Assembly (NCBI GenBank): GCA_030390025.1
Contig: JASTWF010000034.1
Location: 2,976,001-3,040,000, forward strand
Origin: Squalus acanthias
Taxonomy: Eukaryota
Reading direction: 5' to 3'
Length of the DNA stretch: 64,000 bases
Shown here: in pieces, positions 38,343-50,995 of the stretch
Layout: each line of letters starts with the position of its first letter
Position numbering within the stretch: the stretch's first letter is position 1
Translations under genes and position numbers: made by a program
The notes under the pieces: model-generated
Told to the model about the DNA's origin: nothing
What the model saw: only the letters and a program-made list of their open reading frames with translations
The model's database searches: none

Positions 38343-39110
38343 GACAATATCATGGTTCGCACTTTACCGGTAAGATTTTTACCCACCTGCAGGATATGTT
38401 AGGGATAAAACACAAACTACATGTTGCTCACCACGCGCAGTCGTCCGGAGGCGACTAAAGGAGGAACAGGACCCTCAAGTAAATGTTAAAAGAATTGTGT
38501 GCAGACTACCCAACTCAATGGGCCAACATGCTGCCAATGTTCTTAATGGCAATGAGGTCCATACCTCATAAAACTGCAGGAGGCTCCCCATATCAGGCCA
38601 TGACGGGGAGACTCATGAGAACGCCAGGCAAGCTAACACTAACGGGGATGAACACCTTGACAATGGAACCATGTAGTTCCAATTGGCTGAAACAATTGGT
38701 AGATCACACCGATCAGATGAATCGATTTGTGGCCACGAAATTGGGGAAGTCAAAAAGACACCTTAAAAGGTACTTTGACATGAAAGTCCGCCCCTTTGAG
38801 TATCAGGTGGGGGACACCGTAATGACTCCAAATTATGGGAGAAAGAAGCATGCTTTTGAGCCCAGGTGGTGGGGACCGCATACGATTATATACCGATTGA
38901 ATCCCGCGGTTTATTTCATTCAGTTACGGGGGAAAAAGATGTTAAGTACAAGAAATGGTATCATATTAACCAGTTAAAAACTGCCAAAAAATAAATACTA
39001 AACTGATCTTGTTTCCCAGAGGACCATGATACGGATACAGATGATACACAACAATGCCATAAACAGCAGAGCTATACAAAAGCTAGGTGCCAGCCCATGG
39101 CGGGAAACAA

Positions 39111-39910
39111 TGTAGAATGTAGGACAACACCCCTGGCTCAGAACCCTCTCAATGCTTATGATATGCGACCCCTGCGGATATTATCAAATGAGGGGTCAAT
39201 AAGGTTATTTCCCCCTCAATGCGGGGATACTGTAAGAATAAAAATACATGTTTTGTATGTGAGATGGACTCGAGACTATTAATATAAGATGTATGTAATA
39301 AAGATAAATTTGATGTGTAAGGATTTCCCCTGGGTGAGCAGAACTCAAGGCAATGGCACAAAACATAACAAAGGAAACCTGCATAACAGGATAACCACCA
39401 CAGAGACACCATCGAAATTCACCATCGAAACTCAAGAGCCACTAAACGGTGTCAACAAACAATTAACTTAAGCAAGAAATGGTACCAGCCACTGCAGACA
39501 GACACATGTTCAAAGGAAAGCCAATCAAGAACTGCCATGAAACTAAGACCCAATCCTGGGGTCTTAGCAATTTAGAACAGAGATAAGTGACTTAAAAATA
39601 TATAAAACAAGGAACTCAAACGCTCTCTCTCTCTCTCTCTCTCTCCGGATTGCCACGCAGAAAAACAAGAAGCCCCCCCACTACAGACAAGACCAAGAAG
39701 CAAGGAAAAAGGCCGCGTGAATTGTTGATTCAGGGTCTCTGTAAATCTAACCCATTACCTTACGTGTTGTAATCGAGTAGAGACCATAAATAAAAGGAGG
39801 CTATTGTTCTGATGTGCATGAGTGTGTGCGTTTAAAAAACTTATTCCAAATTGTTTCAAAAGATTTGGTCTATCTGTCAATTAAATGCCAGTCGAAATAT
39901 AATGCTTACA
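39111..39910 (+). mobile_element. Probable 3' LTR of the retrovirus-like element
   Basis: TGTAG...TTACA termini, TATATAAAA near 39600, (CT)n, AATAAA near 39789; abuts the satellite; PPT is weak. Confidence 0.5.
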
Positions 39911-42804
39911 ACTCTCTGCAGCGGGGAATAAAGTTGCAGTTAAAGTTAGTTTGACATGATGCCCTCTACACCAGGGAATAAAGTTACAGTTAATTGTTAA
40001 TTTGACATGATGCCCTCTACAACGGTGAATAAAGTTACGGTAAATTGTTAATTTGACATGATACACTCTACACCAGGGAATAAAATAACAGTCAATTGTT
40101 AATTTGACATGATGCCCTCTACACCGGGGAATAAAGTTACAGTTAATTGTTAATTTGACTTGATAACCTCTACACCAGGGAATAAATTACAGTTAATTGT
40201 TAATTTGACATGATTCCCATTACACTGTGGAATAAAGTTACAGTTAATAGTTAATTAGACATGTTACCTCTACACCGGGGAATAAAGTTACAGTTAATTG
40301 TTAATTTGACATGATACCCTCTACACCAGGGAATAAATTTACCGTGAATTTTTAATTTGAGATGATACCCTCAACACCGGGGAATAAAGTTTCAATTAAT
40401 TGATGACTTAGACATCATGCCCTCTACACCAGGGAATAAAGTTAAAGTTAATTGTTAATTTAGACATGATGTCAGCTACACCAGGGAATAAAGTTTAAGT
40501 TAATTGCTAATTTGACATGCTACCATCTACACCGGGGAATAAAGTACTAGTTAATTGTTAATTTGACATGATGCTCTCTCCACTGGGGAATAAAGTTGCA
40601 GTTAATTATTAATTTAAACATTATACCCGCTACACCGGGGAATAAATCGGCAGTTAATTGTTAATTTAGATATGATGCCTTCTACACAAGGGAATAAATT
40701 TACAGTTAATTTTTAAGTTTACATTTACCCTGCACACTGCGGAATAAATTAACAGTTACTTGCTAATTTCACATGATACCCTCTACACCGGGGACTAAAG
40801 TTAAAGTTGATTGTTAATTTGACATGATACCCTCTACACCGGGGACTAAAGTTACAGTTGATTGTTAATTTAGATATATTACCCTCTACACCCGGGAATA
40901 AATTTACAGTTAATTGTTAATTTAGACATGATTCCCCCTACACCATGGAATACATTTACAGTTAATTGTCAACTTGACAGAATGCCCTCTACACCGGAGA
41001 ATAATGTTAAAGTTAATTATTAACTTAGAAATAATTCCCTCTACTCCGGGGAATAAAGTTACAGTTAATTGTTAATTTGACAGGATGACCTCTACACCGG
41101 GGAATAATGTTACAGTTAATTATTAACTTAGAAATAATTCCGTCAACTCCAGGGAATAAAGTTACAGTTAATTGTTAATTTGACATGATGATCTCTACAC
41201 CAAGGAATAAAGTTAAAGTTAATTGTTAATTTGACATGATGCACTCTACACGGGGGAATTATGTTACATTTGTTTGTTAATTTGACATGATGCCCTCTAC
41301 ACTTGGGAACAAAGTTACATTCAATTGTTAATTTAGACATGATACCCTCCACAGCGGGGAATTATGTTACAATCAATTGTGAATTTGAAATGATACCCTC
41401 CACATCGGGGAATAAACTTACAATTACTTTTTAATTTTACACGATGCCTTCTACACCGGGGAATAAAGTTACAGTTAATAGTTAATTTAGACATGAATCC
41501 CTCTACACCGGGGAAAAAGCTACAGTTAATTATTAATTTGACATGATACACTCTACACCAGGGAATAAAGTTACAGTTCCTTGTTAATTTAGATATGATA
41601 CCCTCAACACCGGGGAATAACGTTACAGTTAATTGTTATTTTAGACATGATATCCTCTACACTGTGGAATAAATTTACATTTAATTGTTAATTTAGACTT
41701 GATATCCTCTAAGCCAGAGAAAAAAGTTACAGCTAATTGTTAATTTGACAGGATACCCACTACACCGGGGAATAAAGTTACAGTTCATTGTTAATTTGAA
41801 ATGATACCCTCTATTCGGGTAATAAAGTTACATTTAATTGTTAATTGTATATGATATCCTGTAAACTGGGGAATAAAGTTGAAGTTAATTATTTATTTGA
41901 TATGTTGCACTCTAAACCGATGAACAAAGTTACAGTCAATTGTTAATTAAGACATGATTTCCTCTACAGTGGGGAATAAAGTTACAGTTAATTTTAAATT
42001 TAGACATGATACCCTCTACACAGGGGAATTATGTTACAGTTAATTGTTAATTTGAAATGATGCCCTCTACACTGGGTAATGAAGTTATAGTCAGTTGTTA
42101 ATTTGAAATGATACCCTCTACAACGGGGAATAAAGTTACAGTTAATTGTTAATTTGACATGAATCCCTCTACACCGGGGAATTATGTTACAGTTAAGTGT
42201 TAATTTGAAATGATGCACTCTACACCGGGGAATGAAGTTACAGTCAATTGTTAATTTGACATGATATCGTCTGCACCGGGGAATAAAGTTTCAGTTAAAT
42301 GTTAATTTGACATGATTCCCTTTACATCGGGGAGTAAAATTTCAGTTAAATGTTAATTTTACATGATACCCTCTACAACAGGGAATAAAGTTATAGTTAA
42401 TTGTTAATTTAGACATGATGCTCCCTACATCGGGGAATAAAGTTATAGTTAATTGTTAAATTGACATGATGCCCTCTACACCGGGGAATAAAGTTACAGT
42501 TAATTATTATATTGACATGATACACACTACACCAGGGAATATAGATACAGTTCATTGTTAATTTAGCCACGATAGCCTGGACACTAGGGAATAATGTTAC
42601 AGTTAATTGTTAATTTAGACATGATATCATCTGCACTGGGGAAAAAGTGACAGTTAATTGTTAATTTTACATGATGCCCTCTACACCGGGGAAAAAAGTT
42701 ACAGTTGATTGTTAATTTGACATGATACCCTGTACAATGTGGAATAAAATTGCATTCAATTGTTTATTTTACATGATAACCTCCACACGGGGAATAAAGA
42801 TATT

Positions 42805-43567
42805 GGCCCAGAAATTCGTCCGAATACGGGAGAGTACGCAGTGTGTACTCACCCATATTCGGTCCGGAAATGCCGGTTTCCTGCATGCACTGCGCATGCG
42901 CGGGAAACCAGCACTTCAGATATTGTGAAGGGGGCGGTTCCTAAGTGAACCGCGTGCGCACTACAGGCTGTGCGCACGCAGCACACTTAGTTTTTTTTCA
43001 GTTTGAACGCGCAGGTAAGTGTTGAAGATTTTACACATGAAGAAAGGAGGTGTAAGACCCCCTATTAACAAGGTAAGTAGTTAATTAAGTATTATTTAAA
43101 AAAAATTTCAACAGGTTTATCTTTTTTAGAGACTTTAAAGAAAGGTAAGTTTATTTTTATAACTTTTAAAAAGAATTTAACATTTTTCAAAAATTTAAAT
43201 TTTTGTTTAAAGTGGTTAATTTATTTAACTATAGTTATTTTATTAATGTATTGGTTTCTTTTAAAATTTAATTGAGCTTTAGCTGTTCTTTTGGGGGCAA
43301 GTTGTATTCACAGCTTTGACAGCTCTTCCTGTCAAAACTATGAATGAAAGATGGTGTGCTGCCATTGGCTCTAACTGGCCCACGTGATCCCAGAGGTCGC
43401 ATCGAACTAACTGCGCCTCTGGGACACGCACACACTGCGCGCCAGCACCAGGGAGAGGCCCAGGAACTGAAGTTTGTGTGGGCCAAAACCATAAAGGCAG
43501 GCGCGGAGTGCGATATCGCGGGGGATCCTTACCCCCGCGGCAACCATCGAAGTCCAATTTCTGGGCC
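42805..43567. mobile_element. Harbinger MITE (763 bp) related to the autonomous element at 55763-60462
   Basis: 12-bp perfect TIR GGCCCAGAAATT / AATTTCTGGGCC; TSD ATT (42802-42804, 43568-43570); the first ~110 bp match the reverse complement of 60350-60462. Confidence 0.88.
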
Positions 43568-43569
43568 AT

Positions 43570-46272
43570 TGTGGCGGATCGCCACCTAAACGGGTGCAAT
43601 CCACTTGACCGTCCGTGGACAATAAATCGGGCACCTTGCCTTTAAGGCGCATGCTGCCTTTAAGGCAGGAAAAAAGGAGTGGGCGTGGCCTCTGGGTTTT
43701 TGCACAGAAATGTTGTAGCAGCCATTTTACCAGAGATGTGATTAAAAGCTATGTGTTTCACATATTGACTCGGCCTCAATTCGTGCTTCGCAGCAGCCAC
43801 AACATTGGTGACCCCAACGCTCAGAATGTATTCCGAGCACTGCTATGGCGGACACGAACACAGTTTCCGTGAAACTGCCGGAGTTGTGGGAAAACCAGCC
43901 CGAAGCCTGGTTTCTCCAAGCCGAGTCCCGATTCCGGCTGCAACGCATCACCACAGATGGGATGAAGTACGACTACCTCGTCACATCACTCGGTAGCTCC
44001 ACAGTTACGAAGGTCTGGACAGCGCTGCAGAACCCACCAGAGGGGGGCAAGTGTGCACATCTTAAGGCCGCACTCCTTAAAAAATTTACGGCCTCGACAT
44101 ACCAGCGAAACTGCCACCTCCTCGACCTTCCAGGCCTCGGTGATGCCTCTCCGTCAGACCTCCTCTCCCACATGCTCTCCCTCACCGACGAGAGCCCACC
44201 CGGATCCCTCTTCTGCACGCTGTTCATCCGCCAGCTACCTTTCAGCATCCGCCAAGCGATCGTGGCGTCCGGCCTCACGGACCTGGAAGCCCTGGCCGAT
44301 GGGGCCAACAAGCTGTTGTCCAATCACTCCAGCTGCGACGTTACTCCGGACCTGGCAGCCACTTCCTGGGCGTGCCCCTCACTGGCCACCACGTGGCCAC
44401 AAGGCCCAGCCACCGGGCTCACGGGGCCTTCGCGCCCCACTAACCCGGGCCACTGTTACTACCACGCACGGTTCGGCGCCAGGGCACAATGGTGCACACC
44501 TCCCTGCTCTTTAAAGTCCACTCCCGTACCAGCCCCCGCGATGGCCGTGGGCCACACGGCCTCCCTGCTTTAAGTCACGGATGACAAATCTGGCCACCGG
44601 TTCCTGTGTGAAACTGGAGCTCAGCACAGCGTCATCCCGGCCTCCTCCCTCGACATCCAAAAGGGCAAACGTGGACCGGCGCTGGCTGCTGCTAACGGCT
44701 CGGACATCCGGACATACGGCACCCGCACAGTCACCCTCGACCTCGCTGGTCGCCGCTACCGATGGGAGTTCTTCACTGCCAAGGTGCTCTCCCCTCTCAT
44801 CGGCACGGATTTGCTGTGCGCCCACGGCCTACTGGTAGACATCCCTCGACACCACCTCGTGGACATGAACACCATGTCCCCCATCCTGGACGCCATGGCC
44901 CTCCGTCAACCCGCCGACATGGCGTCACAGTGCCACGTCCGGGCCACGGATGACGACTCGGCACTCCTGCCCGAATTCCCGGTCCTTACCAATCCGACCT
45001 TCTCCGCGGAGGCCGCCAAACACGGGGTGGAACACTTCATCCCCACCACAGGCCCCCCAGTGTATGTCCACACCCGCAGGCTGGACCCGGCCAAACTGGA
45101 GATCGCGCGGACCGAGTTTGCCAGCATGGAAAAGCTCGGCATCATCCGCCGCTCCAACAGTCCCTGGGCATCCCCACTCCACATCGCCCCCAAACCAGGT
45201 GGGGCTTGGCTCCCCTGCGGGGATTACCGCCGCCTCAACGACGCCACCACCGCCGACATCGCCAGAGCCTTCATCAGCACCTGGGTCGCACGGTTCGGCA
45301 TCCCCTCCGACATGACGTCGGACAGAGGTCCGCAATTTACCTCTGAACTCTGGACCGCCGTCGCACGCAATCTCGGGGTGAACATTCACCGCACCACAGC
45401 GTACCAACCCGAAGCCAATGGACTGTGTGAGCGATTCCACAGATCCTTGAATGCATCTCTTCGAGCCAGCCTCCAGGACGGCACCTGGACCGACCGACTC
45501 CCGTGGGTCCTCCTCGGCCTGCGTACCGCGGTTAAAGAAGACCTCCACACATCGGCAGCAGTGCTCGTGTATGGCCAGCCGCTGGGCGTACCCGGCGAGT
45601 TCCTGCCAACCGCCACGACACCCTGGTCAGCCGACCAGCAACACCACGACTTCGCCTCACCGGCACTACTGTTCGCCCCGGTGCCCATTCCCTGACACGG
45701 CGAATCCACCTCACACATCCCACTAAGCCTGCACGTGGCACGGTTCGTTTTCGTCCGGCACGGCGCCCACCATGGACCCCTTCAACCCCCGTACGACGGG
45801 CCCTACAAGGTGCTACAGTCTGGGGACAAATCTTTCACCCTGCAAGTGGGCGACAGGACCGAAAAATTGTCGGTTGACCGACTCAAGCCAGCACACTCGG
45901 AGCCCGGTGAGCAGGTCCCGGTAGCTCGTCCACTGACAGTTCAGCCAGCTGCTCCACGCCCGGCCTTTCCACGTCCACCGGCGTCCTACAAGAGTCGGTC
46001 CAGCCGGCCCATCAGACCGCCACAACGTCTCGTTCACACCTCCTAAGTGGATTCTGCGGGGAGCAGTGTGGCGGTTCGCCACCTAAACGGGCGCATTGCA
46101 CGTTTCCGTCCGTGGCAATAAATTGGGCACCTTGCATTTAAGGCGCATGCTGCCTTTAATGCAGGACAAAAGGAGTGGACGTGGCCTCTGGGTTTTTGCA
46201 GAGATGTGATTAAAAGCTATGTGTTTCACATATTGACTCGGCCTCAATTCGTGCTTCGCGGCAGCCACAGCA
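43570..46272 (+). mobile_element. Ty3/Gypsy LTR retrotransposon, internally deleted (non-autonomous)
   Basis: LTRs at 43570-43804 and 46067-46272; PBS TGGTGACCCCAACG (tRNA-Trp type); purine-rich PPT at ~46057-46066; TSD ATAT; gag, PR (RFLCETGAQHSVIP), RT start fused to the IN core. Confidence 0.92.
43845..44573 (+). CDS. gag: Gypsy gag
   Basis: 242-aa ORF just after the PBS: VKLPELWENQPEAWFLQAESRF, with C-terminal CYYHARFGARAQWCTPPC. Confidence 0.85.
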   Translation: MADTNTVSVKLPELWENQPEAWFLQAESRFRLQRITTDGMKYDYLVTSLGSSTVTKVWTALQNPPEGGKCAHLKAALLKKFTASTYQRNCHLLDLPGLGDASPSDLLSHMLSLTDESPPGSLFCTLFIRQLPFSIRQAIVASGLTDLEALADGANKLLSNHSSCDVTPDLAATSWACPSLATTWPQGPATGLTGPSRPTNPGHCYYHARFGARAQWCTPPCSLKSTPVPAPAMAVGHTASLL

Positions 46273-46754
46273 ATATAGTCAATTGTTTATTTGACATGAT
46301 ACCCTCTACACTGAGAAATAAAGATAGTCAATGTTTTATTTGACATGATACCCTCTACACCTGAGAATAAAGTTACAGTTAATTGTTAAGTTGATAGGAC
46401 GGCCCTCTACACCGGGGAATAATGTTACAGTTAATTATTAATTTAGACATAATTCCCTCTAATCCTGGGAATAAAGTTACAGTTAATTATTTAATTGACA
46501 TGATACACTCTACTCCAGGGAAAGAAATTACAGTCAATTATTAATTTGACATGATACCCTCTGCACCGGGGAATAAAGTTAGAGGTAATTGTTAATTTAG
46601 ACATGATTCCCTCTAGACCAGGGAATAAAGTTACAGATAATTGTTTATTTGATATGATTCCCTCTATACCAGGGAATAAAGTTTCAATCAATTGTTAATT
46701 TGACATTATAACCACTGAACCTGGGAATAAAGTTACAGTTAATTGTTAATGTAG

Positions 46755-49700
46755 GGGTCAGTGTCTGGAGCGGAGAGAGCAGCAGCACAGTGAGTAGGTA
46801 AACTCACTTTCGCGGGCTTTTTTCCAGAGGCCAGTGTCGGGAGCGGAGAGAGCAGCAGCACAGTGAGTAGTTAAACTCACTTCCGTGGGCTTTTTACAGA
46901 GGCCAGTGTCGGGAAAGGGACCTTGAGTATATCATTTAATTGAAGTGAAATTGGTGGGATTCATTTAATTTAATTTTAATTAATTCATTAAAGGGTAAGT
47001 CATGGCAGGAGAGCTCCGCCCCGTGATATGCTCCTCCTGCTATATGTAGGAAATCTAGGGACCCTTCCGGTGTCCCTGACGACCATGTGTGTGGGAAGTG
47101 TATCCAGCTGCAGCTACTGCTAGACCGCATTGCAGCGCTGGAACTGCGGATGGATGCATATTGGAGCATTCGCGACGCTGAGAACGTCGTGGATAGCACG
47201 TTTAGCGAGTTGGTCACACCGCAGATAAAGGATGTACAGGCAGGAAGTGAATGGGTAACGACCAGGCAGAGTAAGAGGTGAAGGCAGGTAGTGCAAGGGT
47301 CCCCTGTGGCCATCCCCCTCTCAAACAGATATACCACTTTGGATACTGTTGAGGGGGATGACTTATCAGGGGAAGGCAGCAGCAGCCAACTTCCTGGCAC
47401 CATGGGTGGCTCTGCTGCACAGGCTGGGAGGAAAAAGTGTGGAAGGGCTATAGTGATAGGGGACTCAATTGTAAGGGGAATAGATATGCGTTTCTGCGGC
47501 CGCAAACGAGACTCCAGGACGATGTGTTGCCTCCCTGGTGCAAGGGTCAAGGACGTCTCGGAGCGGCCACAAAACATTTTGGAGGGGGAGGGCGAACTGC
47601 CCGTTGTCGTGGCGCACATAGGCATCAACGCTTTAGGTAAAAAATGGGATGAGTTCCTAAAAGCAGAATATAGGGAGTTAGGAGGTAAATTAAAAAATAG
47701 GACCTCAAAGGTAGTAATCTCAGGATTGCTACCAGTGCCACGTACTAGTCAGAGTAGAAATAGGAGGATATTTCAAATGAATACGTGGCTAGAGGAATGG
47801 TGCAAGGGGGTGGGATTCAAATTCCTTGGACATTAGAACCGGTTCTGGGGGATGTGGGACCAGTACAAACGGGTCGGTCTGCACCTGGGCATGGCCGGAA
47901 CCGATGTCCCAGGCGGAGTGTTCGCTATTGCACTTCGGGAGGGTTTAAACTAAAGTGGCAGGGGGTTGGGAAGCTGAGCAGGGAGACAGAGGAAAGGGAA
48001 AAAAGGATAAAAGCGAAAGACAGGAAGGAGAAAAACAGAAGTAGAAGACAGAGAACTCAACGGTTTCAATCAAACATGGTCACATTAAATAATAATTCAC
48101 AAAGGTCTGAGAACCTTAAAAAAAAGCCTGAAGGCTTTGTGTCTTAATGCAAGGAGCATTCGGAACAAGGTGGATGAATTAGCTGCGCAACTAGAGGTAA
48201 ATGAATACGATTTGATTGGGATTGCAGAAACATGGCTCCAGGGTGACCACGTCGGGGAACTCAACATGCAGGGTTATTCAATATTTAGGAAAGATAGGCA
48301 AAAAAGAAAGGGAGGTGGGGTAGCATTGCTGGTAAAAGAGGGGATTAACACAATTGAAAGAAGGATATTAGCTCTGATGATGCGGAATCTGTATGAGTAG
48401 AACTGCGAAATAACTAGGGGCAGAAAACGATAGTGGGAGTGGTATATAGACCTCCAAACAGTAATACGAATGTTGGGGACCTCATTAAAAGGGAAATTAG
48501 AGAAGCATGCAGTAAGGGCACAGCAGTCATCATGGGTGACTTTAATTTACATATAGATTGGGCTAAGCAAATTAGTAAAAGTACCGTGGAGGAGGAATTC
48601 CTAGAATGTTTACGGGATGGTTTTCTGGAACAATATGTCGAGGAACCAACCAGAGATCAGGCCATCTTAGACTGGGTATTATGTAACGAGAAAGGATTAA
48701 TTAGCAATCTTGTTGTCCGGGGCCCCTTGGGTGAGAGTGATCATAATATGATAGAATTCTTAATTAGGATGGAGAGTGAAGTAGTTGAATCAGAGACTAG
48801 GGTCCTGAATTTAAATAAAGGAAACTTCGATGGTTTGAGGCGCGAATTGGGTAGGATTGATTGGGGAATGTCACTCAAAGGGTTGACGGTGGATAGGCAA
48901 TGGCAAACATTCAAAGACTGCATGGATGAACTACAGAATTTGTTCATCCCAGTGTGGCATAAGAATAAAGCAAAAAGGGTGACTCAACCGTGGCTAACAA
49001 GGGAAATTAAGGATAGTATGAGATCCAATGAGAGGGCATATAAATTGGCCAGAAATAGCGGTAGCCGTGAGGATTGGGAGCAGTTTAGGATTCAACAAAG
49101 GAGGACAAAGGGATTAATTAAGAAGGGGAAAATAGAATATGAAAGTAAGCTTGCAAGGAACTGTCTGTAAGAGCTTTTATACATATGTGAAGAGAAAAAG
49201 ATTAGTGAAATCAAGTGTAGATCCTTTGCAGTCAGAAGCGGGGGCAGTTATAATGGGGAACAAAGAAATGGCAGACCAATTAAATGCATATTTTGGTTCT
49301 GTCTTCACAAAGGAGGACATAAATAACCTCCCAGAGATGTTGGAGAATATAGGGTCTGATGAAAGGGAGGAACTGAAAGAAATCAGTATTTGCTGGGAAA
49401 TGGTGTTAGGGAAATTGACAGGATTGAAGGCCGATAAATCCTCAGGGCCTGATAATCTACATCCTAGGGTAATTAAGGAAGAGGCTCTAGAAATAGTAGA
49501 TGCATTGCTGGTCATCTTCCAACATTCGATGGAATCTGGAACTGTACCCGTGGATTGGAGGGTAGCTAATGTTACCCCACTATTCAAAAAGGGTGGTAGA
49601 GAGAAAGCCTGACATCGGTAGTGGGGGAAATGCTAGAGTCCATTATAAAGGATGTAATAGCTGAGCGCTTGAAAAACAGTGAAAGGATCGGACAAAGTCA

Positions 49701-50995
49701 ACATGGATTTACAAAAGGTAAATCGTGCTTGACTAATCTACTGGAATTTTTTGAGGATGTAACTGGGAAAATAGATAAGAGAGAACCAGTAGATGTGGTG
49801 TATTTGGACTTTCAAAAGGCTTTCGATAAGGTCCCGCATAAGATATTAGCGTGTAAAGTTAAGGCACATGGGATTGGGGGCAAGGTATTGACTTGGATAG
49901 AGAACTGGTTGGCGGACAGAAAGCAGAGAGTATGAATTAATGGGTCTTTTTCCGAGTGGCAGGCAGTGACTAGTGGGGTACCACAGGGATCGGTTCTTGG
50001 AACCCAGCTATTCACAATATACATTAATGACCTAGATAAGGGAACTAAATGTAATATCTCCAAGCTTGCAGATCACACAAAGCTGGGTGGGCGTGTGTGC
50101 TGCGAGGAGGATACCGAGAAACTCCAGGATGATTTGGACAGGTTGGATGAGTGGGCAGAAGCGTGGCAGATGTAATATAACGTGGATAAATGCGAGGTTA
50201 TCCACCTTGGTGTCAAAAACAGAAAGGCAAGCTATTTTCTGAATGGCAATAAATTGGGAGAAGGGGAAGTGCAACGAGACCTGGGTGTCCTTGTGCACCA
50301 GTCGCTGAAGGTAAGCATGCAGGTGCAGCAGGCGGTGAAGAAGGCAAATGGTATGTTGGCCTTCATAGTGAAAGGGTTTGAGTATAGGAACAGGGATGTC
50401 CTGCTGCATTTGTACAGGGCCGTGGTGAGACCACACCTTGAGTACTGTGTGCAGTTTTGGTCACCTTATCTGAAGAAGGATGTTCTTGCCATGGAAGGAG
50501 TTCAGCGAAGATTCACAAGGCTGATACCTGGGATGGTAGGAATGACATATGAGGAGAGATTGGGTCGATTGGGCTTATACTCGCTGGAGTATAGAAGAAT
50601 GAGAGGGGATCTCATCGAAACATATAAAATTCTGACAGGTCTGGACAAACTAGATACAGGAAGAATGTTCCCGATGGTGGGAGACTCAAGAACCAGGGGT
50701 CATTATCCAAGGATAAGGGGTAAGCCATTTAGGACAGAAATGAGGAAAAATGTCTTCACCTAGAGAGTGGTGAATCTGTGTAATTCTCTACCACAGAAGG
50801 TATTTGAGGCCAAGTCATTAAATATATTCAAGAATGAGTTAGATATATTTCTTAAAGATAAAGTTATCAAGGAATATGGGGAGAAGGCAGGTACAGGGTA
50901 CTGAGTTTGGATGATCAGCCATGATCTCATCGAATGGCGCAGCAGGCTCGAGGGGCCGAATGGCCTACTCCTGCTCCTATCTTCTATGTTTCTAT
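46755..50995 (+). mobile_element. Near full-length CR1 (HER1-like) LINE, degenerate, inserted in the satellite
   Basis: 5' UTR with ~70-bp tandem duplication; ORF1 from ATG 47002 (CxxC..CxxC, GDSIV esterase); APE (LNARSI, AETWL, MGDFN, SDH); RT; 3' GGCCGAATGGCC and CTATGTTTCTATG tail; many stops. Confidence 0.95.

Larger units (their letters stand above)
33640..39030 (+). mobile_element. pol: Degenerate retrovirus-like element: gag end, PR, RT, tether/RNase H, second RNase H, IN
   Basis: PR (RDTGSAVT, GILGTDVL); RT ([30 protein letters not shown]); tether (PIAYASR..YTACERHLLA); retroviral-type RNase H (VYIDVSS, QYAEIAAL, WSHSAYA, KVAAH..EGNSRADRAVK); IN (HTH..AGH, CRPC, LQIDFIGPLP, VVDQFTKWIEAFP, PRWWGPH). 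Confidence 0.88.

Noticed and set aside
46936..47628. Long antisense ORFs over CR1 ORF1 (also 3019-3693)
   Set aside because: No recognisable domain; most simply shadow frames of ORF1, and the 3019 ORF runs into minisatellite
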